A DNA stretch of 64,000 nt. It comes from Zootoca vivipara (taxonomy: Eukaryota). The position numbers were made by a program, and so were the translations under genes. Below, piece by piece: positions 24,274 through 35,700 of this stretch. How positions within the stretch are numbered: the first letter of the stretch is position 1; every line of letters begins with the position of its first letter. The stretch lies in contig NC_083278.1 of the NCBI RefSeq assembly GCF_963506605.1, positions 63,860,001 to 63,924,000 on the forward strand. The letters run 5' to 3'. A model generated the notes under the pieces. It had not been told where the DNA came from. It saw only the letters and a list, made by a program, of their open reading frames with translations, and ran no database searches.

Positions 24274-27200
24274 ATGGATGTACACCAATAGTCAAAAGTA
24301 ACTATGCCAGTTTCTTAATCCTGACCATTGGAGAATATTTCAAAGTTGCCTGTAATAGCTCAAAGCTGATTTGAACAGCTGGGTGGGATGCCGCCGCACA
24401 AATTGGTATGTAATTCTTCAGCAATATAAATGAAGGCTCTACAGATCCTCCCTTAATCTTTTTTTATACACCTTCTGAGTGGAAAAGACAGTTCGCTGGC
24501 ACTGCTAACTGTATTGAGCTATAGAATTGCCCCAGAAGATTAACACTATTGTGCTTGCTGCTCTTGTTAGCAATGAATGGATCACTCAACCAAATGGTTG
24601 GTTGGCTGACTAGCAAGCACTATTGTGTATGCAAATCAAAATAGACAAAAGGGTGAGAGTTAATCTGTTTCAGCTTTTGGAAATCTCTGATTCTTTTATT
24701 AGGAAGGAAGGGAAGAGAATGTTAAATGCAATATACAGGACAACTGGTTAGCCCCCCCAAAAAAAGTTATTCCTCTAACAAAACTAAATGGTGCTGCTAC
24801 TTTAGAGAAACATAAATAAAAAGAGTGTAAGTTTGGTGGCAATAGGGTTCTAATGATTTTATCTTATTGTAAGCAGGTTGCTGCTTGTATGATTGTCAAC
24901 TAGCCATTTTGCACAACTGTTTTCTTCTTGATAACCCTGTGCAGGACGTGCCCAGAAGGGTCTAGAATACATCATGGAGACCTCCTTATGAATTACCATT
25001 GCAAAATACAAAATCTGACTTCCAACTTGTAATTGCTGTGGGTTAGTGTAGCTCCCCAGCTTGCCATGTACCCACAGTAGGAAACCTTGGTTGGAATGCT
25101 TTCCAAAGAGTAGTATCCCCATGGGTTAAAAATTCAAGAGATATTTTCCTTTTTCCACATATAATTCCTGGGTATCTGACATTGTTATGGTTATGTTCTG
25201 AACCTTTCAAGTGGATACGGAAGTATGGGCTGGGTCAAGAAGCATGGTTTTTCTTCTCTGTAGGACGTAAATTATGGTTAAATGGATTTTATAGATGGGA
25301 TAGCAAATAACAAGTGTGACATTAAGGATTGTTGAGTATTCAAGATGAATTGCCATCACCTTCTTAAATTTACTAAATCACCTTGAAAAGTACGGTAGGT
25401 AGAAGCTATTCAGTATTGTTCTGTTTTTTTATGATTGAAAGGGTCATTAATACAGTCATACCTCGTTTTGCAGCTGGGATCCAATCCGGAGCCCTAGCCA
25501 CTAGCCGAAAAGGACACAGGGCAAAGGGCCGTCCTGCGCATGCACGCACGCAGAGCAGTTTGTGCTTCTGCACACGCACGAGTGGCAAACCCGGAAGTAA
25601 CCCGTTCCAGTACTTCCGGGTTTGCTGCGGACGTTCACCGGGATGGATGCTAGACAAGGCGGATGTTTGTGGAGGTATTACTGTAATAGGAGGTTGGACT
25701 AATCCTGGCTGACTCTCAGTGACTTACAATCATCATCATGAGCAGCAGCCAATAGCTTGGGTTATCACAGAATTGTAGAGTTGGAAGAGGCCCCAAGGGT
25801 CATCTAGTCCAACCCTCTACAATGCAGGAATCCAACCTTTGCTGTAAAAACACCAAGGAAGGAGAATCCACAACCTCCTGAGGGAGTCCGTTCCAGTGTT
25901 GAACAGCTCTTACTGTCAGAAAGTTCTTCCTGGTGTTTAGTCGGAATCTCCTTCCTTATAACTTGAATCCATTGGTCCAGGTCCTAGCTTCCAGAGCAGG
26001 AGAAAACAAGCTTACTCCATCCCCACCCCACCTCCATGTGACAGACCTTTAGATATTTGAAGATAGCTATCATAGCTCCTCTCAGTCTCCTCTTTTCCAG
26101 GCTAAACATACCCAGCTCCCTCAACCGTTTCTCATAAGGCTTGGTTTCCAAACATCATATTGGTTGCCATCCTCTGCGCACATTCCAGCTTGTCAGTATC
26201 CTTCTTAAACTGGTCCGGACACAGTATTCTAGGTGTGGTCTGACCAAAGCAGAATAAAGTGTTACTATTACTTCCCTTGACCTGGACACTATACATCTAT
26301 TGATGCAGCCTAGAATAGCATTAAGTAGCTTTTGTTTGCTGCTGCAACACACTGTTGATGCATTTTAAGCTTGTGGTCAACTAAGACCCCTAGATCCTTT
26401 TCACATGTACTGTACTACGGACAAGCCAGGTGTCCCCCATCTTATATTTGTGCAGCTGGTTCTTCCTGCCTAAGTGTAGAACCTTACATTTGTCCCTATT
26501 GAAATTCAATTTGTTAGTTTGGTTATTTCAAGTGCATTTGATTTGAATCCGATTAAGCTGTCCTGATCATGGCTATTGATTTATATTTGTGTGACTGCAC
26601 AACCGTTGCAAAAACATCTGTAGTAGTAAGCATTATGTTAAGGTTTTCTTCTAGCAAAACTAGCCTAGGATAACACTTTATTTGTAAGTTACAGGTAGGT
26701 AGCCGTGTTGGTCTGATGCAGTCAAAACAAAATTAAAAAATCCTTCCAGTAGCACCTTAGAAACCAACTAAATTTGTCATAGTGCATGCACACGAAAGCT
26801 CATACCTATGACAAACTTAGTTGCTCTCTAAGGTGCTACCGGAAGGATTTTTTAATTTTGTTTTGACTTTATTTGCAAGTTTGTGTTGCTTTGGTTCTCT
26901 GCCTCCTGACATTAGCATCTCACTAGGAAATGATCTGTTTTTGCTCTTATAACATGCTTTATTTACCGTAAATTTGAAACTTTAAAATAACTTTAAAATA
27001 CTGAGGAAAGAGGCTAGCTGTATAGAAATAAAGCCTGATCTTTTGTAACCCTGCATATTTTTTCACAAAGCAGGAAAAGGCTTTTAATCTTTAGTCTTCC
27101 AAAAATGCTTAAACCAAGCCCATTCTTGAACTATTTTATATATGCATAAATATTGAAAAACACAGAATTGTTTTTTTCCATGTCTGAGAAAGTGATCAAA

Positions 27201-29702
27201 ATTGCGCATCTATTGCCTCTTGCTAAACCTGTTTCTCAATTCAGGTAAGCACCGTTTATATAGCAAGTGATAAATGTGTTAATAATCTAGTTAATTCCCA
27301 TATTCTGTTTCTGTGACTGAAGTGTCTTTGTTGATACAGCTTTGTTGATGTGTGAGACACAGTAATCTTTTAACAGGCTTTCTTCTCAGTGCTATGAATA
27401 GTAAATGATCTGATGTCTTCACTATTACATGGCTGAGAAAATAGCATGGGAAAGCCACAGTCCTTTTCTCACATTGATTTTTTTTGTATGCCTTATATTA
27501 TGCTTCCCCACAGTGTATGCCCAAACCTTTCCTACATCTGGGGCTTACACCTATGAACTCAGACATTCCCATGTTTATCATGCTGTTTCGACTATAGAAC
27601 AGAGGTCCCTAACCTTTTGATGCCCAGGGAGCATATTTGACAATCTAAGAAACTAAGAAATACTCATTTCAAAACTAGTGATGCTAAGACACTCCCCCTC
27701 ACACACAGAAAAAAAATGGCAAAACACCTATGCTTCCCCCCCAAAATAAATAAAACACAAAAAGATAGCATTTCTCCTTTATCTTCTCCAGAAACAGAAT
27801 TGAATGTTTTGCTGTAATTTCAGGGAGACAATAAGACTTGGCTCTGATAGCTTTAATAAAGATTCATAGACCATTTCATTATGACAGTTGCCAGCTATGC
27901 AATTAGGGAGTTTCCAGCCTTTTTATTATGGCTTCATATGCTTGCAGCTGCTGTGACATTGTTTGCCACTGTAGTTTTGTTTGACCTTAAAGGGTCAAAG
28001 AATCCTTAAACAGAAAACAAAACCAGAATCTTGGTTGCATAGCTTTGATCATTTTACTTCAGAGACTCACTGTGAGATCAATTTTATTTCTAAATGACAT
28101 TTCTGTTTCTAGGTTGAGTTTGCAGAGCTCTTAAATGACCAGGCATAACATGATGCAACGATGCATCTCTGAGGACCGGGCTGTTGTTGTTTTGCTTCCA
28201 TCTGCTGTATTACACTTCATGATCATGCACAAGTTGACTTGTTCCTTCTCTTGTCACACTCTATCCCAACCCTCACAACCTACTGCCTGCTAAGAGTTTT
28301 CCAACAACTTTTTTTCAGCCCCTGTCAGCATGACTAGTGGTTATGACTTGTAGGAATCATAGTCCAAAAAACTAGTGACCTAGCCTGCTCTTGAGATGGA
28401 TCTCATATAGACCATAGATATTGGTTCCTCCAGACCCTTCCATGCACATCGCTCACCAACTCTGCATCATACACTCCTTGAGTGCTTTTGCTTGGCTGCA
28501 ATTTGTCCATGAACTCTGATGATACCGTTTGCTTACCTGGATAGAGAATGGAGAGGGGTGGGTGGGTAGAAACTAGCCTACTTTATGAAGGTAACATTTA
28601 CATTAATTACTCTGCCTTTTGCCTCTGCCCTGGACCTGCCTACCACTGACATGTGGCCCTCAGAAAGTTGTCCAGAAGGGAATATGGCCCTTGGGCTAAA
28701 GAAGTTTCCCCTGCCAATAGGGTATAAGTTGCATCTCTCTGCAGAGCACACAGATGTGTGGACCTGTGCACAGGTGTACTATGTAATCCTATTCCCCAGA
28801 CATACCTGAAAGATGCACAGGGAACCCTTCCAATCAACTGTTCGGTAGGGAAGCATCCAGAGGGCCTCACAAGTAGCTCTGTATCATGTGAGGTGAACTG
28901 CAGACTGGGAAAAGGGGATATTGAAGTTCTGTTAGAAGAAATAACACACTCTCCTTTAACCCTGTTGATGCAGTTATTTATTTTTTGCCCATTTCCTGCC
29001 CAGTGTTTATTGTGCAATGTAAAGCTTTTATCGTTCTCTGAAGATTATTTTGTAGTGTTACATGGTGACATTATCTTGTGGCTAACCAGAAGTCTGGGGG
29101 GCAGGAATCAGAATTTAGGTAGACTAGTTCAGTAATTTCGCTTACAAATACTTGTCCAAAACTATTGATAGTTGTGCCAAATATCCAACAGATAACTTGA
29201 CTAGCCTGCTTTTAAAGCAATCATTATGTACTTTGGTGATACAGATATTATGTATTGCAATATATTGTGTGTTTCATTATGTATCAGTGCAACATAGGCA
29301 TCTGTATTCTCATGATATTTTAGTGTGGTTTAGTCAAAGTAGTGCTCTCCCATTATTGTTGGACTCCAACTCACATAAGCAATCGTCAGCATCGCCAAGG
29401 GACAGAAATGATAGGAAAACATCACTTGGAGGGACCTCATTAGCTACTTCTGCTTTTATTCTTTTTCACATCAAACAGTGTTTGTTCTTACAAAAGCAAA
29501 TTATGAACTGCTTTAAAGTAGTAAGGTTTCTATATAGGTTTTAACCACTTTTTAAAAACTGGTTACTGTGGATTTGTAGTTGTTAGGGCAGGCCCAGTTT
29601 GTTACATCTCATTCTGTTGAATGCAAATATGTGTTAGAAATTACAGCTGGGAATGAGCTTTTCCTGTTTTGTACTCATTTTTTCCACCCTTTTGACCCAG
29701 GT

Positions 29703-29750
<48 letters not shown>

Positions 29751-32700
29751 CAATCCTTTCTGCTTCATGAAGCCTCTTAAGTATCTGCTCCAAGGGAGAC
29801 TGTGAGTGAAAACAAAAGGTCACACACAGTTTTGGGAAGCCCCCGGGACATTGTTATAATGACTTAATGCAAAAACATATTTTAAGAGAACAGATTTAAT
29901 GATGAGGTCATAAGTTAATGGAGGCTGGATGGAATGGAATGTAGAGGTGTAGATCATGTATGCCAGAATGTTTAATGTCATGGAGCTTCCTTGTTGTAAA
30001 GCCCCCAGTGTGTAGATATAAAATTGCATTTTGGTTAGATGATGCTCTTCGATGCTGGAAGTCAAAACTTGCTTATATGTGGGCAGAACTGGTTAAGAAC
30101 TCATGTCATCTTTATGTGCTGTTCTTGGTGCTACAATATTTTGATTTGCTTGCTTGTTTAAACAATCAAATTATTTAGAAAAGTAAACCTATTGTGAACA
30201 TGCCCAGTGATTTTTCTCAAATAAGTTTCCCCTTTGTTTTTATCTGATTCTCTCATGTGGGTTTTGGAATTCCGTTACTATATAACAAGATCCTCATGGT
30301 GTAGCTGACATTTCCCAGAATCCCTTGAATTTGGTGCTATGGAATGTTGTGTTGCCATTGGTAAAATGCCACCACACGTTGTCTAAACCCTCAGGCTCAG
30401 GATCATGTCAGGGTTTTGTTAACATGGTTCCAGCTGTTCTCACTCTTAGTTTATTGTTTTCCTTCCTCCTGCAGAGTTTCTTTATAAATGTTATGGAAGC
30501 ACACTAGGCCTTTTGTTGTTGTCTTAAATAGTAGTTTTAATGCTAGTTCACACAGGTATCTGATTATCATAATATCAAGGGATGACTTGTACATATTCTG
30601 ATGGCTTCAATTTCTAACATCAGTGAGAGAGCAAAGCCTCCCGAAGCAGTATTTTTCAATGGAGTCAATTTGCACACTAAAACCCCACTACCACCATAGA
30701 TTTAAAACAATGCGATACCACTTTAAACAATCATGGCTCCCCCCAAATAATTATGGGAGCTGTAGGTGGGTATGGGTCCTGAGAGCTGTTAGGAGACCCT
30801 TGTTCCTCTCATAGAGCTGTCATTCCAGAGTTCCCCGTGAAGAGGGACTGATTGTTAAACCCAGTGCATTTCCTGGGGGTACGCATACCCCAAAAGATTT
30901 TGTGAATCTAAGTTTGGCCTCATTGAGGGGCAGTATTTTAATATGAGTAGGGAAATGAGAGTACCCCTAAACATTTTTACGGGGGGGAAACATTGGTTAA
31001 ACCACTCTTGGAACTGCAGTTCTGGAAGGGCCTGTCTGGTAACCTGCAAATCACTGATTTAAAGTAAGTCTTTCCCAATTGGTTGATAGCTCTCTTGTTC
31101 GTGTGACCTAAAATGTAATCTCCACAAATAGCATACAAATGAATCTTCTCTGCAATATGTTCCCGAGTACATGCAGTTTCTCATTAGTACACCAGGTGGG
31201 GGCTGCAGAAGAAGAGAGACCTTGTTCCTTATAAACTGGGAACCAGGACGTTTATATTGCATTTACTGTATATTGTGTTTGGGAGTTTTAAAGGTGCTTT
31301 TTCAATAGCTCTGAAATATGGTAATACTTTTCCAGGTCTCCTCTTATCTGTATGAAGTGCATGTGCTTCAGTGATGATACTTTATGTTGTTTTTAAAAGA
31401 AACCCTGCTTAATATAGGAAGATGTCATTGACCTTATTGAGTAATTAATGGAGATAATTCAGCTGTCACTGTGGATGAAATCTGAATACGTTTGCAGCTT
31501 GAAAAACATGCAGTGCACAGTCTGAGCAGCAAAGTATTCAGTCTTTGGGTTTATTCCTTTGGTATTGGTGAACAGATAAGTATTGTTATTTTCCATAATG
31601 GAAGGACTGTTCAGTGTGGCGCTACTGAAGGGATTAGTGTAATATAAAGTGAAATTGATCTGGAGCAGACTCCTCTTCCACAATTAAAGATCGTTCCATT
31701 TACTGAGGAACAAAAGAGCAGACATATTTAAGACAACCCTTTTCATTTATTTCATAGGATTACCTTGATTGTATCACTGACCAATCCAAGCTCTCTTTGG
31801 GGATGGAGGAACAATCAGCTTTGTTTGGAAACATAAAAGATATCTACCATTTCAACAGGTGAGTAAATATTTGACTTAAATGAAAACATATATGAGGACC
31901 ACAAATCAAAGCTTTTGTTCATTCGTGCACTCCCCCCAACAGATTAAATATTAAAGTAATACTAAAATAGGGGGGTTGGTGCTTCAGACCAAAGTCCTCC
32001 CAAAGGTATCTGTGCTGTGAAAATAAATGCTAGCACAAGACATTCACGGGAGTTCCCACTGCCATTGGAATAAGTGCCGTTGGAATAAGCCCTACCTATG
32101 CATGGGTAGAGACTGCTGGAGGAGACTCTTGAGAGTCCCATGGACTGCAAGAAGATCAAACCTATCCATTCTGAAGGAAATCAGCCCTGAGTGCTCCCTG
32201 GAAGGACAGATCGTGAAGCTGAGGCTCCAATACTTTGGCCACCTCATGAGAAGAGAAGAATCCTTGGAAAAGACCCTGATGTTGGGAAAGATTGAGGGCA
32301 CTAGGAGAAGGGGACGACAGAGGACAAGATGGTTGGACAGTGTTCTCGAAGCTACGAACATGAGTTTGACCAAACTGCGGGAGGCAGTGCAAGACAGGAG
32401 TGCCTGGCGTGCTATGGTCCATGGGGTCACGAAGAGTCGGACACGACTAAACGACTAAACAACAACAACATGCATGGGTACGGATTGAGACATGTTTTAA
32501 ACAAGAAGTAGAGCTGGGTATCATCCGCATACTAGTGAACAACCAGCCCAAATCCCCTGGTGATCCCTCTCAATGGCTTCGTATAGATGTTGAAAAGCAT
32601 GAGGGAGGATAAGTGTCACGGTCCGGTCGGCGGGCGTCAGGCCCAGAAGCAAGATGGTGGTGTAGAAGCAGGAACAGGTGCAGGGCTGAGGGTCCAGCAG

Positions 32701-35700
32701 CAGGCAGTTGCAGGGTCAAGGAGCAAGGCGAAGGTCCAAGGGTCAAGGAGCAAGGCGAAGGCTCAAGACGTCGGCAAGGCAAGGGTCCACGGAGCAAGGA
32801 TCAAGACGTCGGCAAGGCAAGGGTCCATGGAGCAAGGATCAAGACGTCGGCAAGGCAAGGGTCCACGGAGCAAGGATCAAGATGTCGGCAAGGCAAGGGT
32901 CCACGGAGCAAGGATCAAGACGTTGGCAAGGCAAGGGTCCAAGGAGCAAGGATCAAGAGGCCAAATGCAACCAGGCAGGGATAGCGTTGCTGTGGCCAAG
33001 AGCTGAAGGGAAATGCTGGGCTTTTATCCCTCCCAGCTCCTGCCACCAGGTGCAGTGAGATCTCAAGTGGCCTCACCTGGGTGACTACTCCTTGCCTCTC
33101 CAGCACAAGCTGAGGATTTCACCTGTGTGGCCACGCCTTGCTTCTCCAGCACAAGCTGAGGCATGCCCCAGTCCTGCAAAGCACTACAGGCCCCAGAGCC
33201 TGACTCCTGCCCATACTCCTGACAATAAGAAGCTGAATACCCAGTCATTACTTCGTCAGATTTTGTGCTGTTGTTGAAGATAGCATAAAGTACACATTCC
33301 TCCATAGTTGGTTCCCAAAACAGTTCAGTGTGTGCACATGCACTTGTTCGCCCACAAACACTACCAGGGTCGGCCCTACGGCTAGGCTGGGTGGCGCAGG
33401 GCGCCACGGCGCTGGCCCCCCAGGTGGAGCGCCTCGCAGCTGCGCCCGCCTGCCGGCCGCTCCGCCTTGCAGCAGCGCCCTCAGCAGCAGCGCCTATGCC
33501 CGCCCACCGCACAGCAGCGCCCTCGGCAGCCACGTTGTGCGCTGAGCCCGCCCGCTGCGCTGGAAAACGGGGTGGTGGGGGGCGCTGGAGGGATCCATCG
33601 CGCCAGGTGCCAGAGGTGCTTAAGACGGCCCTGAACACTACCCTTCTAGTTCAGAGATTAAGCATCTGATGATGTAGCTTTGTATTACAATAGTGCTCCA
33701 TGTTCATATTTAGCTTATGTAATTAAAGAGCGATGGAATACAGGGTCAAAGATCTAATATGGGTTTTAGTGTAAAGTGCTGCTGGCACAGATAACTGTTA
33801 TCTTGCATCAAGAGTCGGCCAGCATAGGGTTCCGCCCCTTCTTTTAAAATGTATGCCCCTTTTAAAAACATTTTAGTCGTTTCTGCAGACATGCAATATT
33901 GAGCGATTTCTCCACTTTGACCTATTGGCTTCTTGTCAAGAAAAGCCTTTGCTAAGTAGTGCCAGGCAATGCATACAAACATGAAATTTATATTAAAAGA
34001 TAAAGACGTGTAAAGAATGGCTCTCTAAGTGGTTTTGGCTGCTAGACTTTTTACTGCATTTCTCTCTCTTTTTCAGTTTTTGGCAGCCTGAAGTTCACTA
34101 GGCACAGCACAGACTTGTCAAGGCATTTGAAAAATGACAGTCAGCTTTGGATTATTAATTCTTTGAAGCCACTTGCTATTCTCCATTTGTAAAATTTAAC
34201 ATTCTGCCTGGACTGGGAGAAAAGGAGTGATTCCCTCCCTTTACTGTTTTGTAATGTCTTGATCCTATTGGGATGCAAGGACCTAATAATATTTTTACAA
34301 ACAGCCCCCCTCCCCAATACCATGCAACTCTTTCAGGAAAGGGTAATTGTAAGCAGGAACAGGAAGTACAGAGCTGTGGGCACCAAGCACAGAGATTAAA
34401 TAGGCCATGACTTAAATAAAGAAATGTGGGAACGAGAACATAGCTAATGAGACAAAGTGTGAAGGGATGCCGGGAACCCACTCAAATGAGATGATCAAGG
34501 ATAACTAGCCAAGATGCCCCTTGGCACAACTGTACTGACTGTTTAAGCTAAAGCCATTTTCCTCCTCTTGTAAAGAACATACTGTGAGGCGAGGTAGGTT
34601 CCTCACTGGAGTTGCTGATTGACATTATTTTTCACAACTGAAAGCAGCATTCCCTCTCATAAGCCGTTGTGTAGCTGTGGAATGCTTGGCCATTCCGTGT
34701 CTCACTGGGATGAATCTGCCATTCATCTCCTAGCCAATATATAGCAACTTATATGCAACCTGCATACAATAAGACTTGGATTGTTTTCACAGTCACCTAG
34801 GGCAAAGTTCCCTTGAAGTCGGTGGAACATATTTCTGAATAACCATGGTTAGGATCACATGCCAAAGGTTAGGCTAAATATGATACACAGAGACATATGT
34901 TTCTTTCTTCCACAGTCAGGCCCGGCTCTAGGGGTAGTCTCGGTGGCGCAGGGTGCCAGGCCGGCAGGGGGGCGCTGCGCGCTGCGCCTGCCCACCAGGG
35001 CGGGGGCGCCGGAGCGATCTCTGCACCATGACGCCAGGGCGCCCGACCGGCTTGAGTCCACAGTCAAATCAAAACAGTTGGGGTGGAGATAAAGCACAAC
35101 TGTGTGCACTGTATTAGTCTGTAATGGATGTTGCAAGCCTATGCCTGCTCCGTAGCAACAACCTCACTGATCTCAAAGGGCCTGCTAAGTCAAATGCAAA
35201 GAATCAGGTTTTTAACTGTAAATTTAGTTACTGATGGACACTTTTGATATTTCCTCCCCACAGCAGACTAATGAGACTGTGGCAATCCTGATTATCTTTG
35301 GTGCCTCTAAATCTGCTGTAAAGTTTATAAACGTACCCTGCTAATTATCCACTCAGTTTTGTTTAAAAATAAGCATGCATCCACTTACAGCAACAATTAA
35401 TGTCAAAATCTATTTGGCTACCAGCGTGTCAAAAGTTAAAAGAACAGCCAGCACGTGAGAGCCTGCTTATAAACACAGCAGGGCAGGGTTGTTTGAGCGT
35501 ATGGCCTGCTTCAGGAAATCATTTTATACTTTGCTGTCTCTCCCCCACCTTTCCAAAATAGTGTACCGGTAAGCAGTGCAATGACTTATGTTTTTTTTCT
35601 CCTTGTTGTGATTCAAGGGTTTTTGTACACAGTTGAGAAGGGAGTAGCAACCGAGGTGGCTAGAGAGAGAATCCTTCCTTAATATACAGCAGCACGATGT

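Noticed and set aside
27180-27244. ATG plus donor AG|gtaagc as an alternative first coding exon
   Set aside because: Ends in phase 2 whereas the next exon (31758) needs phase 0; no further support
30655-31045. Possible nested MITE fragments
   Set aside because: Repeat-like, but I could not define termini or a TSD with confidence
32764-32953. Regular 38-bp repeats resembling a CRISPR array
   Set aside because: Units are head-to-tail with no unique spacers, lie inside a solo LTR, and the DNA is vertebrate
32570-33669. Overlapping 100-190 aa ORFs on both strands
   Set aside because: Products of GC-rich tandem repeats and MITE sequence lacking stop codons; no domain signal
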